In this document: one piece after another, positions 37,473 to 50,900 of the stretch | Layout: each line of letters starts with the position of its first letter | Numbering within the stretch: position 1 is the first letter of the stretch | Assembly (NCBI GenBank): GCA_965178125.1 | Contig: OZ237775.1 | Coordinates: 248,001-312,000 of the forward strand | DNA: 64,000 nt | Direction of reading: 5' to 3' | From: Bilabrum cf. latius | Lineage: Eukaryota | Notes under the pieces: generated by a model | What the model saw: the letters and a program-made list of their open reading frames with translations, nothing else | The model's database searches: none | What the model was told of the DNA's origin: nothing | Translations under genes and position numbers: made by a program

Positions 37473-38636
37473 ATGTCTTCCTCTTCATCATTGACCTCTG
37501 CATCATTATAGGGCAGTCTCGACCGAGATTTCATCGCAAGGCAAGCAGAGGCTGCGCTCCAGAAATTGAAGTTCTTGCGAGGACCCGAGCACAAGGAGAT
37601 CGTGCGGTTCCTGGCTCTGAAAGCATCATGGACAGAGGCAGAGACTCCTAATTACAACGAGGATGGTGGTCCTAGCGTTGCATCGAACGGAACCAATTCT
37701 ACTCTAGAACTGCGTCCATGGATTTCGCCTGGTCCACTGCTCGACCGGGAATGGCATGGGCTCATTCTTCGTACCGTTTGGTGGTAGGAAATTACAGAGG
37801 TGTTACAAAGTGTTGGTAGACCAGATGATGTAGACACATAGGTGCATCACGATCCTGGTACTTCGAAGCATTCAGCCCTCTGCATTGAATCTCGGCGCCG
37901 GCGGGCAGTGGAACAGTACGCTAGGGTGTTTAATGAATCTCCACCACCATCAAAGTGGGGTATACATGCAATATCGGCCTGGCCAAGCATGCCAGCAGCA
38001 TTTGGAGTCGCAGACCCAAAGCAGACAGCTAGTGCCAAAGCTGCCGCCAAATCGGACGCCCCAAGAATCACGGGCCCGTCGTCGGCTGCGGATCCTTCAG
38101 CCATACCTTCAGATAGAAGCATACATGTATAGTTAATTAACGAAGACGAAGACGAAGACGAAGACGAAGACGAAGACGAAGACGAAGACGAAGACGAAGA
38201 CGAGATTGAGGACGCTGCTCTCGGCCGGCCATCGAGTGGTCGCGGTTTTGCCAGCCGAGTGCGTGAGGGTCGAGATCGCATGCCACCCACACCACCAGGC
38301 ACCGCCGCGGGTCATACCGAATCCATGCAAGCCGCTGCTTTTGGCGCACTTGATTTGCCGTGGCGGCGAGTCCGAGAGCGACCAGAAAAGCACCCTGTGA
38401 TGTACGTGCTGTTGCAACCAGGGAGGAGGAGGCTCGCATTCGAGTACGATGCCAGTACCACCGTAGGTGACATTAAAGCAAGCATTCATGAAAAACGTGG
38501 TATCCATACCAGATATCAAGGTCTGAGTTTGCGTGGCCGGTACCTGTGGGTCGACAGCCAGTCTTTGGACGAGTGCGGGATAACAGAGGGAGACTGCCTC
38601 GACCTCTGGGTGCTGGGCGCCACTGAAATTACGTAA
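37473..38636 (+). CDS. GRDP/DUF1399-like domain plus acidic ED tract plus ubiquitin-like domain protein, ~387 aa
   Basis: Single frame through TAGs at 37509, 37785, 37839 and 38130. EIVRFLALKA...SPGPLLDREWHGLILRT...HHDP...YARVFNESPPPSKW resembles the GRDP/DUF1399 signature. Ubiquitin-like segment TTVGDIKASIHEKRGI...SLDECGITEGDCLDL. Ends TAA 38634-38636, probably through a frameshift. Confidence 0.6.
38142..38201 (+). repeat. (GAAGAC)10 microsatellite encoding (ED)10
   Basis: Perfect hexamer repeat, in frame within the 37473-38636 ORF. Confidence 0.97.
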
Positions 38637-38845
38637 AACTGCCAACCGGGAAGACAATCATTGTAGCGCGCTGCTTCAGCGATACCGTGTATGCGCTCAA
38701 GGAGATCATAGAGGATAAGGCGTGCATATCAGCCTAGAAGCAGCGGCTTGCGTAAGCCGGAAAGATGCAAGAAGACGAGCGCACGTGCGCTGACTATAAT
38801 ATTTAGAGGGAATGCACACTGTTTCTAATGGAGGCGCTTCAATGA
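38630..38845 (+). pseudogene. Disrupted second ubiquitin-like domain
   Basis: Reads YVKLPTGKTII...SDTVYALKEIIEDKACISA[TAG]KQRLA[TAA 38753]AGKMQEDERTCADYNI[TAG 38804]RECTLFL and aligns end to end with ubiquitin. It is one base out of frame with the upstream ORF and carries an internal TAA. Confidence 0.75.
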
Positions 38846-38971
38846 ACTTGCTAACGCTGCTAGTAGCGCACTGGGAGCACGTGCTTGTTGTTGCTATTAA
38901 CCGGAACTAGTAGACTAGTTGGGTCTATATTGGCCCAGGTCTGCATTTGATTCATTAGTCGACAAAATGTA

Positions 38972-41900
38972 TCAATGATTCACACACAGCAGCGCTACGC
39001 CGCGGAGCGTCCAATGGATGGGCTTGTGGTTCTTGGTCACCAGCTTGGCCATGAACACCAGGTACCGATCCGTCCTGGCCGCGTACCTGTACACGGGACA
39101 CTCGTAGGGCCCGTTCGGCTTGAACATGGCCTTTTTCTCGTCCAGACCGGCCTTCTTCATCGCCGTGACGTGCAGGACGGGCAGGGGAGAGAAAGGCACC
39201 TTGGGCATGGACTCTGCGAGCGTTCCGTCGGTCTTTGTTTTGTGCCACCTGGCCCCATCCATGATGAGGCCGTGGATGAGCACTCCCTCCTCTGGCCTCT
39301 CCTTGACCTGCTCCGGCTTCTCGAAGGGAGTCACGCTGTTGAAGTACTGCACCTCGTCCAGGGCCCACATCTCGGACTTGTGCTTCCTCGTCACCTCCTG
39401 CCGCATGGCCGTCAGGAACCCCTGGGGGTTGAAGAACCCGGCCATCCAGAAGCTCTTGGGCACGGTCCCCTCCAGCCAGCCCCTGTCCTGCGCGTCCCTC
39501 TCCTGCAGGGACTTGAACCAGGAGGGCAGCGTGGGGTACAGCCACGAGAATTCGTCCCCCCCCGGTGTGACGAGCCAGGGCTGCGGCACCCTGGCGTCGA
39601 AAATGTCGCCCATCGCGTCCTGCAGCTCGTTGGTCATCACCACGTCGCCCTTGATGGCCAGCCGGATCTGCTTGAGCATGTGCCGCACGCTCCCGATCAC
39701 CGCCTGTAGCCTCTGGATCTCCTGGAACAGGAAGATGTTCATGGGCTGCGAGAGTCCCCCCAGCTTGCGGATCTTGCGGCGGTAGTCGTCCTCGATGTAG
39801 TCGTCGGGCATCTGGTCCAGCAGCTCACCGCATTTCTCCGTGACGACCTCGTCCATGGACCGGGCCTTGCCGCCCCCACCGCCCGTGGATCGCGGCTGCG
39901 TCTCGCCCACCGTCTCGATGAGCTCCTTCACCTCTTTCTTCCTGAAAGCAAGGTCGGCGTTAGGGTGCAGACCGAATATCTCAGGGCTGTCGATCTCGGG
40001 GAAGTCCTTCCCGTACGACCTGTAGGCATCCACATCGAGGCTGTCCATGACGGCGTAGTTGAAGTCCTTTGGGATGGGCGCGATGATGTCCGCTGGGTTG
40101 AAGGAGAACCCGTCCTCGAGGGTCTTGGGTGTGACCCACTTTGTGGCGTACGCCGTGAACATCCTCCTGTCGAGATCGTCCGTGATCTTGCCCCCGTACT
40201 ACGCCTCCGCCACCATGTACGTGAGTGTCTGCCACGAGATGGGCCCGGCGTACAGGTGCCTCTCCAAGAAGGAGATGCACGCGTTCAGGTCACCCGCGTT
40301 GTACTCGTAAGGGATGCACCAGCCCAGCGGCCCGAACTTGCGCCGCTCCTGCACCACAGAGTGCAGGAAGCACAGCGTGAAGAGGAGCCTGCGCCACAAT
40401 GGGGCCTGGGACGGCGAGTCGATTCTCTCGAGGCGGTCCTAGTCCACAGTCACGGTGAAGGACCTGACGAGCCCTGCGCGCAGGCCATTGGGCGGCTCGT
40501 TGGTGACCTTTGTGGACATCTGGAGCAGACCCAGGGGGAACTTGGGGTTGGGCATGGCCGTGATAAAGAGCCTAAAGTTCTCGTTCAGCGCCTCCTGCAT
40601 GGCCTTGAGCATGTCTTCCATCTCGTCCATGAGGCCCAGACCCAGCTCGCAGTTCTGCAGCAGGACCCAAGTGCCGTTGTGGCTGGCGGCCCGGATGTCG
40701 TTGATGGCCCTCTGCTCCTGGCCCTCCCCCATCGAGATGCACGACACGGTATTCTTGCGCTTCTTGGCCAGCTGCTGGATGGCCTCGGTGGGGTCGGCCC
40801 CCACAGACAGGAGGAAGATCACGGGCGTCTTCTCGTTCATGCCCTCGTAGATGTCCTCGATCGTGTCCGTGACCGGCTCCACGTACCTGGGCCCCATGAT
40901 GGGCGTGTCGTGCACGAACTGCCTAGCCATGAGAAGCGTTCTGTCCACGCGGAGGGCGCGCACGATCTGCAGCTTGGACCAAGGCCCCGTCTGCGTGTTC
41001 TCCCGGATAGCCACGTCAAAATCGGGGATGATCGTGTTCTCCGGCTCGTTGCTGTTGATCCAGTCTCTCCACTAGGGCTCGGACCGGAGGATGCAGTCGG
41101 GCAAGGATGCAAACGTAGGCACGGACTGTGACAGTGCAATGGCGTTCATCCAAGCGTCCTTGTCCAGCCACTTGGGGCCCGGCCGCACCGTTGCAGGATC
41201 CAGCGCGGCGCCACCACGCAGGAAGAGGTTGACCTCGAACTGCTCCAGCATCCTGGCCCTGATGAGGATCTTGATGGCCACGAGGAACACGTAGAGCAGC
41301 TTGTGAGACTCGTACAATCCCCTGTTGATGTATCGGTACACGACGTACGTGAGAGTGTCGATGATCGAGTCCACCCGCTTGCTCGTGATCTTGTTCTTGG
41401 GGGCCTCCGACATGCTCTAGTGGAAGATGGTCACGAATTGTGCCAGCGAGGTCTGGTACATGACGTTCACCTGCTGCATGTCGACCACGCTAAAGTACAG
41501 CACGGACCCCCTGGTTGCAACCGGTCGGTACTGCTCCCTCTGCTCTGCGATGGTCTTGCGGGTCTCCTCCGCGGCGTTCAGCTTCTCGGCGACCTCCGCC
41601 GCGGCTGCCTTGGTCTCGCTGAGCATCTCCACCAGGCCCTCTTCCTCGAGGAGGTTGCCCTTGCCACCGGAGAGCTTGGCGAGGAGCTGCGCGTCTAGGC
41701 TCGCCAGCATCTTTCGGTTCTCGTTCACATCCTGGAGGACCTGGGCCAGCTGCTCCTCGAGGGCCTTCTGCTCCCTCTGGATGACGATGCCAAGGAGCTG
41801 GTCCTCCAAGCCCTGCATGGTCACGGTAAAGTCCACCACCGTGGTCTTTGCCTGCAGCTCGGGGCTGAAGTGCGGGTTGGGCAGCCTGGTGATGAAGAAG

Positions 41901-44900
41901 AGCTTGAAATCATCGCTTAGGTCCATCTCCTGGTCCGCCACCCGAATGATCTTCCTCGTCTTGGTCTTCTGGATGATCTGTTTCTCCAGCACTGGGTCCA
42001 GCAGGGGATCGAGCTCCTCCTCCACGTTGACCACCACGAGCGACTTTCCCTCGCCCATGCAGAACTCGAGCTGGTCCTTGAGCTTGGGGTTGGTCAGCTG
42101 CGTCACTTCGAAGTCGGGGAGGGACTCTGCCCTCCTCTCCATCTGCGTGATCCACGAGAAGGCCTGTCCCTGGGGGTCCACCAGCAGGGGGTACCTTGAC
42201 GCAGACGTGACCAAGATGCCGTTCTGAATGGACAGCGGGTCGGTGGGCAGTCCGTCGATATTCCAGTCGCCGATGATGCCGTCTGTCACGCTGAATTTGA
42301 TCACGTCCAGGCCGGTGGTCACGGGGACGTTCCTGCTCCTAAGGTCTCCGATGAACTTTTTGTTGACGAGCATTTCGCGGAAGGTCGAGTTGAAGGGCCC
42401 GCAGTACGACATGAATGCGCATGCCACGGCCACGTCGCCGATGAGCCTCCTCTTCATGTCGGCGAAGCTCTTGGAATCGTTCGTCCAGCGCACTCTCTCT
42501 CCCGACAGGCCGTTGATGAGTGCCTCTGCCATCTCCATCTTGGCCTGCAGTGCAGCCGCGGAGTCCTCCTTCTCCTGCTTGTCCGCCATGGCCTTGTCAA
42601 AGCCGGCCTTGAGCTCTGCCAGCTTGTTCTCCACCGCGCGCATCTCTGCCTCTGCAGAGGCGAGCTTTGCCATGGCTTCGGCCAGCTGACCCTCTGCAAT
42701 CGCGAGGGCCTCGAGCTTGGGCCTTACGATGCGTGCGGCGTAGAAATACTCGCGCATGGCCCACACCCACGTGGCGAGGCCCTTGGCTGCCTTGGCGGCA
42801 TTGCCGGCGTTCTCTGGACTGTAGAAGGACTGCTGCGTGTACGCAGCCACAAGCTCACACGTCTCCTCGTTCACGTTGTCCTTTTTGAAGTTCTGCAGGT
42901 CTGCCAAGAAGGTGGCGCTGGTGAGCGTCTTGATGGCGATGTCCCAGGAAGGCACCAGGTGAGCATAGTCGGACCCCTTGATGGTGTGCGTGTCCGGTGC
43001 CACCTTGACCATGGGCTTCATCATGAGGACGAGCACACCATCGCACACGAGCTTGATGAGGGGAGAGGGCTTCTTCATTCCCTTGATCTCCTGGATGTCC
43101 GTGGGCTTGATGCTTGCGATGGCGCTATTGGCCGCGTCCACGATGGGCTGGGCCTTGGCCAGGTCCGCCTCACATGCCTCCTTCTCCCCGGCGATTCTGT
43201 TCTTCTCCGCCTCACACGTTTCCTTGATCTCGTTCACCCTCTTTGCCTTCTCCTCTGCGTCTGCCTGGTCCACCTTGAGCACCGCAAGCAGCTTGTTGAC
43301 CTCGATGGTAGCCGCCTGCACCTGCCTATTCTCCTCGGCGATCTTGCCCTTGAGCACCTCCACGTCCTCGGCGCCCTTGATGAGCTTCTCGAGGCCGAGG
43401 TTCACGCTCTGCTCCTTGGCCTCCACCTCCGCCAGCTTCTCCTTGTACTTGCCCGTGTAGTTCTTGATAAAGGCCAGGAAGGACTTGGGAGTCTGGTACA
43501 CGCGCCGGCGCATGGCGGTGTAGTACTCGTCACACACGCCCACGACGGTGCTGTGCACGGATCCGATGTGCTAGATCAACTGGTCCTTCTCTTCCGGCTT
43601 GGCCTCCACCTCAAAGCTGCCCAGGAAGCCCCTCGATACGGAGACGAGCGCTTCCTGCGGCCAAGGCAGGAACCAGTCGATCGACGTGGCTGAGACAAGG
43701 CCGGGGAACTTGCGGGCCCTTTCTGGGAACTTGGCGTTCACGGGACTCATGCACAGCACGAGGTGAAGGTTATCCCTTGCATTTTCAAGGAAGAACTGGT
43801 TGAGGTTCTCCTGCGTCTCCTCCATGCCGGGCCGCTCCTTGAGGAAGTCCTTGACCAGGTCGGCCGTCATGGCCATCATCTCGTCCTTCGCAAAGAGGCC
43901 GGCCACTTCGCCCACCATGAGCACGTTGTTGATGTACTCGAGGAATGCCTCGTCCTTGATCTCCGCGTCAGTGAACAGGAAGGTCACGCTCTTGCGCTGG
44001 TGGCCCGCGATGTCGAACACTTTCTTGAGGTCCTCCATGAAAGAGCCCACGTTGTACATCTTGGTGAGGGTGATCTGGAACAGGGTGGACCTGGCAATGT
44101 ACGCGGCCAGGCGGGTCAGGGACTGCTTGCCGCTCCCACCGACACCCACGAGAAGCGCAGACCCCCTGGGCATCTGAATGATCCTGCTGATCCGGATCAG
44201 GTGCCTCAGCGCGTCCTCGAACAGCACTAGGTCCAGCCTCCTCGCGGGGTTGTCCGTGTTGTGCTTGGCCATGTACTCGAGCACCTTGCTCCGCACGCTG
44301 TCAAGGTCGCCACCGGGCTCGTACACCTTGGGCGCCTCCTCGATGAGCACCTCGTCCTCGTCGAAGACGTCGTCGCGGAAGAAATCGACGAAGAACGCCT
44401 CCTCGTTCACCTTGCCGGCCAGGTCGTCCCCGAATACCTCAATCGTCACGCGGGCCAGTGCCGACCGGAACGATTCCTTGTCCGGGTTGTTGGTCAGCTT
44501 GTCCTCAAACACCCTAGAGCACTCGTGCTTCCAAAGTCGCAGCAGGGTCAGGTGCTGGTCGTCGCTGGGCGTCTGCTGCCCGCCCGTCTTGATGGTCTCC
44601 TTCGGGCAGAGGAGCACGCCCTGGAACACGCGGGACAGCTCCCTCATGTTGAAGACGTAGTGGAACTTGGCCGGGGTGGGAAGCAGCTTGCGCTTGGCCC
44701 AGTCCCACAGCTCGATGGTGGCCTTGGTCAGCAGGTCGACCACCTTGCCCGCGTCGGCCGACAGCTCGCCGTCGGGGAACCGTCCCTGCAGCATCTATCC
44801 GTAGAGATCGTCGATGGACTTGATGGACGGCAGCACCAGGTTGAACATGAAGAAGTGCCTCTTGAGCCTCTCGGGTATGTCGTTCCTGCCCCCGCCCGGG

Positions 44901-47900
44901 TGCTTCATGGCCGCCACCCACGTCAGCGATTCCATCCTCTTGAAGTCACCCCTCTTGTCTTTCTCAAGGAAGTACAGACCCGACTACTCCACCAGCTGCC
45001 GCGTTAACTCGTTCGTGGGCTGGTCGCCCCAAGTGTTGATCTCCGGCATGGACACGTCATCGATGAACACGGTCATCTTCTTGCCCGCGGGCGGGGCGTA
45101 GTTCCTGCCCCTCTTGTCGAGGCTCGACTCGACGGAGTCCTGCAGCATCCTCGGCTCGGTGGCGCTCGAGAAGTTGATCCGCTTCACCACGCGCTCGTCG
45201 CCGAACGTGGCGAAGAACATGAGCGCTGTGCTTGTCTTGGCCGTACCCGGCCCACCCACCATAAGCACAGGCACCTCGGTACCGTGGAGCCGCTCCAGTA
45301 GGTAGAGGGACCGCGTGGAGTCCATGGTGGGCACAAGCAGGTTGCTGAAATCGAGAGGGTCCTGGTGAGATGGGTACTCCCAGATGGGAGGGGCCCACGT
45401 GGTCCACTCCAGGGCAGCGTCGGAGAGTACTTGTTCGTAGATGGTGACTCCCTCCTGCTCGGGGGGCATCTGCTGGGAGAGGGTCCGCAGGTACGAGTCG
45501 TACTTGATCCGATCCTCGTCCTCAAGGAGGCCACCCAGGGACCAGCACATGGCGTACATGGTGATCTTCTCGAGGGCCCGGCCCAGCGGCGTCTCGGTCG
45601 CCGCCTCGGGCTCGGCACCAGCGGCTGGTGCCTACATCCCGCTGAGCTTGTCCTTGTGCATGGCCACCAGGGACTCAATCAGCCGCAGCATGGCGCTCGT
45701 CTTGCCCACCCTCGAGCTGGGCATCACCTCGGCCGTCTCCCTGATCAAGAAGGAGAAATTCGGCCCGGGGTCCTCGGGGGTGCACGTCCCAAGGGTGCGG
45801 TCGAAGATGCCCTGGAACGCTGCCCTCTGGGACTCGGGGCGGTCTAGTAGCCACGCCTGGATGATGGGCAGCCAGTCCAGGTCGGTGTCAGAGACGTAGA
45901 TAATGCCCGCGCGGCTGACCGTGGCCGGAGAGGCGTTCTTGAGCGTCTCGTTCTCGAACATGATCTTGGTGTTGTCCGTCATGGGGAACCGGTCGCCATT
46001 GGACAGGGTCAGGATCCGATTGTCGTCGAGCACCGTGTTGAGATCCTCGATCCAGATGGCGTCCACGGGCCCGTCCTCCACGATCCAAGTGTAGTACTCG
46101 AGATCTGCGCTGTTGTACCTTTCCCAGATGGCGGCAAACACGCCGCGCACCCACTCCCCTGAACGCGGGTCGGTGTGCCCGTACAGCTCCGTGGCCGCGA
46201 TGGCCTTGGGATTCAGCCGGATGAGCTTGTGGGGCGTCTTATCCCCGACGCGCTCCAGACACCTCTGCAGCATGTTAAATATCATGGTCTTGCCGCCCCC
46301 AGTTGGTCCCGTCAGCATGATACCGTGCCTCACTAGGCAGGTGGCGTACAGCTGCAGCACGTTGTTGACCCACGAGGGGTGCGCCACGATCCGCTTGTCC
46401 AGCAGGCCCTCCTTGACCCCGTTGTCAATGACCCACTAAAGTGCTTCTTCTACGTCGGGGAAGCTCTGCTTCGCAGGGTTCTTGATCTTGGGGAAGAGGT
46501 CCTTGAGCATGGATTCGAAGAGTGGCACGTCCTGCGCCACCATCTTGGAGAGGTTCATGTCGCGGAGGGTCTGGTACAGGAGCTCTTCCTCCTGCTTCTC
46601 CACGTTGTCGCGCTTGGTCTGGCCCGCGGTTCGCAGCACGGAGAGGATGTTCCTCAGCCCGAAATCGTAGTGCTTCTGCTTGGAGAGCTGCTGCTCGCAC
46701 AGGTCGTAGCAGATGAAGAACTTCTTGGCCAGGTATTCGAAGTCCTGGTAGCCTACGGAGCACAGCTTCACCTTCATGATGATCTCCCGGTCGGGCACCA
46801 TCATGGCCACGCCGCGGAACAGGGCCTTGAGGTTCTCGGGGAGCTCCTGCCTGCCGGCATACCCTGGGTTCATGGTGATAAAGTAGCCGCACACTGGGTT
46901 GAGCTTGACTCCCGGCTCTCCAAGGAACTCAAACGAGGCGAGATTGTTGCGCTTGGCGTCGTTGATGGATTGCACTTGCTGTGCAACCACGGACAGCACA
47001 GGCAGCGTGATGCGGTTGAACTCGTCGAAGCAGCCCCACAGTCCAGACTGCGACAGCCCCTTGAAGATCTTGGCGCAGTCCTGGTAGTGCATCTGGTCCG
47101 AGCAGTTGGTCACCACCACGTTGATGCCCAGGGTGGCGCCCAGCTCCTTGACGCTCTCCGTCTTGCCGGTGCCCGCGGGCCCGGCAGGCGCGCCCCCCAT
47201 GTACATGCCAAGCGCCTGCGTCAGGGTAATGTAGCAGCGGTCGGTCAGCGGCGTGATGACCAGCCTGTCCTTGATGCCGAGGTATTCGTACTGGTAGTCG
47301 AAGTTCACGTCCACGAAGTTGATCCTCAGGCGCCCTTCGTCGTTGATGAAATCCTCCGCGTCGGCCTCCCAGTAGAAGCGCCCTTGCTTGAGCCAGTCGA
47401 ACGAGTTGGCAGACTTGATCCGGCGCTGGCGCACGAGCGTGGCCAGCTCGGCAGCCACGTCCTGCTGGTGCACCTGGATGGTGATCATGACCTCCATCTT
47501 GACCCGGTTCGCCTTGGTGCCCAGGTCCTCCAGGCACCACGAGGACAGCAGCTTGGTGAGCTCCGTGTGCTTGTTCCTGGCCTTATCCATCGCCTTGGGG
47601 TCCTTCTTGAGGTTGCTGAGGGCGCCTTCGAGGTCGGTCGTCCACATCAGCTGGATACCCAGCAGGGCGTACTGCCCGATCTGCGAGTCGACAAAGGCCC
47701 GAAGCTGGTCAAAGCCCGTCATGGTGGCAATCTGCGCGGCGCACTCCTCGCAGAGAGCCTTGAGCGAGAGGCACTGCCCCTGCAGCAGGCGGTTGAACCA
47801 GTCCTCGATGTTACCTTCCGCGCGCACGCCCTCCACCATGTCCACGTCCTCCCACGCGCCCTTGAACTTGGACCGGATAGTGCGAATCACCACGGGGTCG

Positions 47901-50900
47901 GTGGGGTCGTACACCACCCTCGCGATCCTGGCAAATACCGCGTCGAAGAATTCCTGCACCGCCTCTAGGTCCGATCCTTTGGAGAGGATCTTGAGGAGCT
48001 TGTCGTCGGACACAAAGTAGAAGCGGGGGAAGATGCTCCTCTTGGTCTCGAGGTACTGGTCCAGCTTGTTCTAGCAGAACTGGAGCTCACCGTTCATGAG
48101 CGGCAGCTAGGACCGCAGCACCTCGTTCATGGTCGCCTTCGTAACGATGGCCTCGTCATTGGCCCGCGCCATGCAGTGCACGAAATCCTTGTCCACCTTC
48201 TGGAAGCGCTTGGCGACCATGGGCATGGCCTTCATGATGTCACCGGCCAGGAAGACGCTCTCAAGAGAGGACCACGTCTGCTGCACCTTGGACCACATGG
48301 CCAGCGTCTCGCTGCAGTCGCTCAGCAGCTGCAGCTTTTCCTGCGCCTCCTCCTTCATGGGCTTGATGTTCCTCGAGGTGAGCATCTGGGTCAGGTTCAT
48401 CTGGTCCTCGTCCAGCTCCTCCATGATGCCCTTCTCGCCCTTGAGCACCTTGACCTGCGGCCGCGTGCGCATCTCCTCGAACACGTACTCCCGCTCCGCC
48501 CACCTCGCGACCAGCTCGTCCAGCTTGCCGCGGAGCACGGCCTCCTTGTCCGCTCCGTCCGTGATCTCCAGGAGCTCATCGCTGTTCTCCACGAGCGGCA
48601 GGCTCATGAGCTGGGAAAGGGCGAACTCGGGGTCGCTGGGGTCGATGGGCGAGTCGCCCGTCCCTAGCAGCTCGTTGAGCTGGTCCCAGTGCCGGGGTAG
48701 GACAGTGTCCTTGGACAGCTCCTGCAGGATGGGAATCACGGTCATGGCGTCTTCGATCTCTTTCTGCAGGGCCTGGAATGCCTGCCACTGCCTGAGTTTG
48801 CTCGGCATCTTCTTCTGCCTCGCTTCGAAGCCCTCCATCTCGGTGGTCATGGTCTCGATGTTCTGCGAGGCGTCGACCCACATGATAGTGTCCCATTCGT
48901 TCTTCTTGTCCATCACGTCCTTAAACAGCCCGTACAGCTTGTGCAGCAGCCCTAGCTCCTTGCGGGTCTTGTCCAAAAGAGGGTACTCGGTGACTGGCAC
49001 GGCAAACAGTTTCTCGCCGCCTTGGTACAGCTCCCGCTTCCTCTCGCGCATCTGAAACTCGTCCTCGAAACGTCGCAGGCACTCCATCGCCTCCTCTGGG
49101 GCGATGCCCTCGCGCATAGGTCCGTTCTCTTCGAAGTCCTTGCGAAACGCAGCGGCATCCTGCCGGAATCCCCTGACGTTCCGGAACAGCTCCCTTCGGA
49201 AATCTGCCTGCAGCACAGCGATGCTCGAGGCGGCCTCCTCCGCCTTGTCCACCAGCTTGCCCCAGTTGACCCAGAGGAGAGCCCGCTCGTCCTCCTCGGT
49301 CTGCGAGATCTCCGCCCCGTACCTCTTGAGCATGGAGAACATGTCCATGATGGGCTCGATCTCGGAGTGGATGCCGCTCTGCCTCTTGCGCACCTCTCGT
49401 AGGAGTCCCATGATGTACGATAGAGAGTTGAGAGAGTCCACCTCTCTGCCGAGCTGGGTGCGGGTGATCTTGCAGTAATCCGTCAGCGTTGTGAGCCTCT
49501 CGCTGGCAAGGCGATGGAGGTTCACGATGTACTGCCGCATCCATCGGCGCACCTCATGGTGCAGCTGGTCCTTCATCTTGCCAGTCTTGAGGGCGAGGGC
49601 GCCCAAGACGAAGACGGGGTCGATGCCCATGACCTCTTGCTCCACATCGAGGAAGCGGTTCAACGCGCGGTCGTAGTCGTCTATCCCGGGCTTCTTGGCC
49701 ATGAACTCGGCGTACTCCGCGTCTGCATCCTGCAACCACAGCCAGTTGTACTTGCGGAAGGTCGCAAGGAACTCAGCCACCTGCTCTCGCACCCCCTGCA
49801 CGGATCCTGTGAGCAGCAGCACGACCCTCACGACCTCGATATCCTTCGTGATGCGATCAAAGAACGTCACCCGCTCCTCAAGCGGCACGTCCATCTGCCC
49901 CCAGTCAAACGCAGACTTTGAGCAGCCAAGCACAAACACAGCTGCCTTGTTGATTGACGCCTGCACGTCGTCCAGGCTGGGGCTAAGCCGGACATCGGGA
50001 GCAACCAGCTGTACGTCCACGGAGAAGAACGGGCGCTGGATGGTGAAGAGCTTCCCCATACCCATACGTGCTGTCACCCTCTTCTTTAGCGCGTTGAGGC
50101 TGCTCTTGGCGCTCGACAGGAGAGCGCTGTACATGTAGTGGTTGTAATGCGCCTTCATGCGGATCAGGTCCTCCTCGGCGACGGGGGCGATGTGCGGATC
50201 CACGACGTGCGACTGCACCATGGCCAGGAGGTCTTCCACGGCCCGCTCCACCTCGATGTTCTTGCTGTTGATGAGATGCCTGGACTGGCTGGTGTGCTGT
50301 TTTTGCGCGTCCACGAATTCGTGCAGCTCCATGGACGTGCCCTCCGGCAGGTCGACGAGCTTCTCCTTGGAGATGATCTTGAGGTTGAGCTCGATCCTGT
50401 TCTCGATGATGTCGTTCACGTTGGTCACCAGCTCATCCAGCTTCCTCAGACTGGAAAGAACGTTCGCCTTGAACTGGGAGATGTTCATGCTGGTCCAAGT
50501 GAGTGTCACCATCCCCGGCCTCAGGTTGTACTCGAGATCCTCGATGGCGGGCTGCAGCAGGCCCCTCGTCACCGGGATGATATTGTCCTGCACCCGCTGG
50601 TACTCTTTTAGGATGTGCGACAGCTGGCTGTAGTACGCCTTGAACTTGTCTTCCTGCATGAGCACCATCCTGGCGTGCTCGGGGATGTCCTCCCTGCCCA
50701 GCCGGACGAGGCATTTGGTCTCGCGGGTGAGTTGCAGGATCTCCGTGTCGAAGTTCACGTAGAGCCTGCCGTCGTCTGGGTGCCGGATCAGCAGAGTGGC
50801 CTGGAGCCCTGCCTTGGCCGCCGCGATGCTCTCCGTCCACGCCATGAACCAGATGTGCTCGAAGGCCACGAGGCCCCTCGCCACCCGGTTGTACGTCTTG

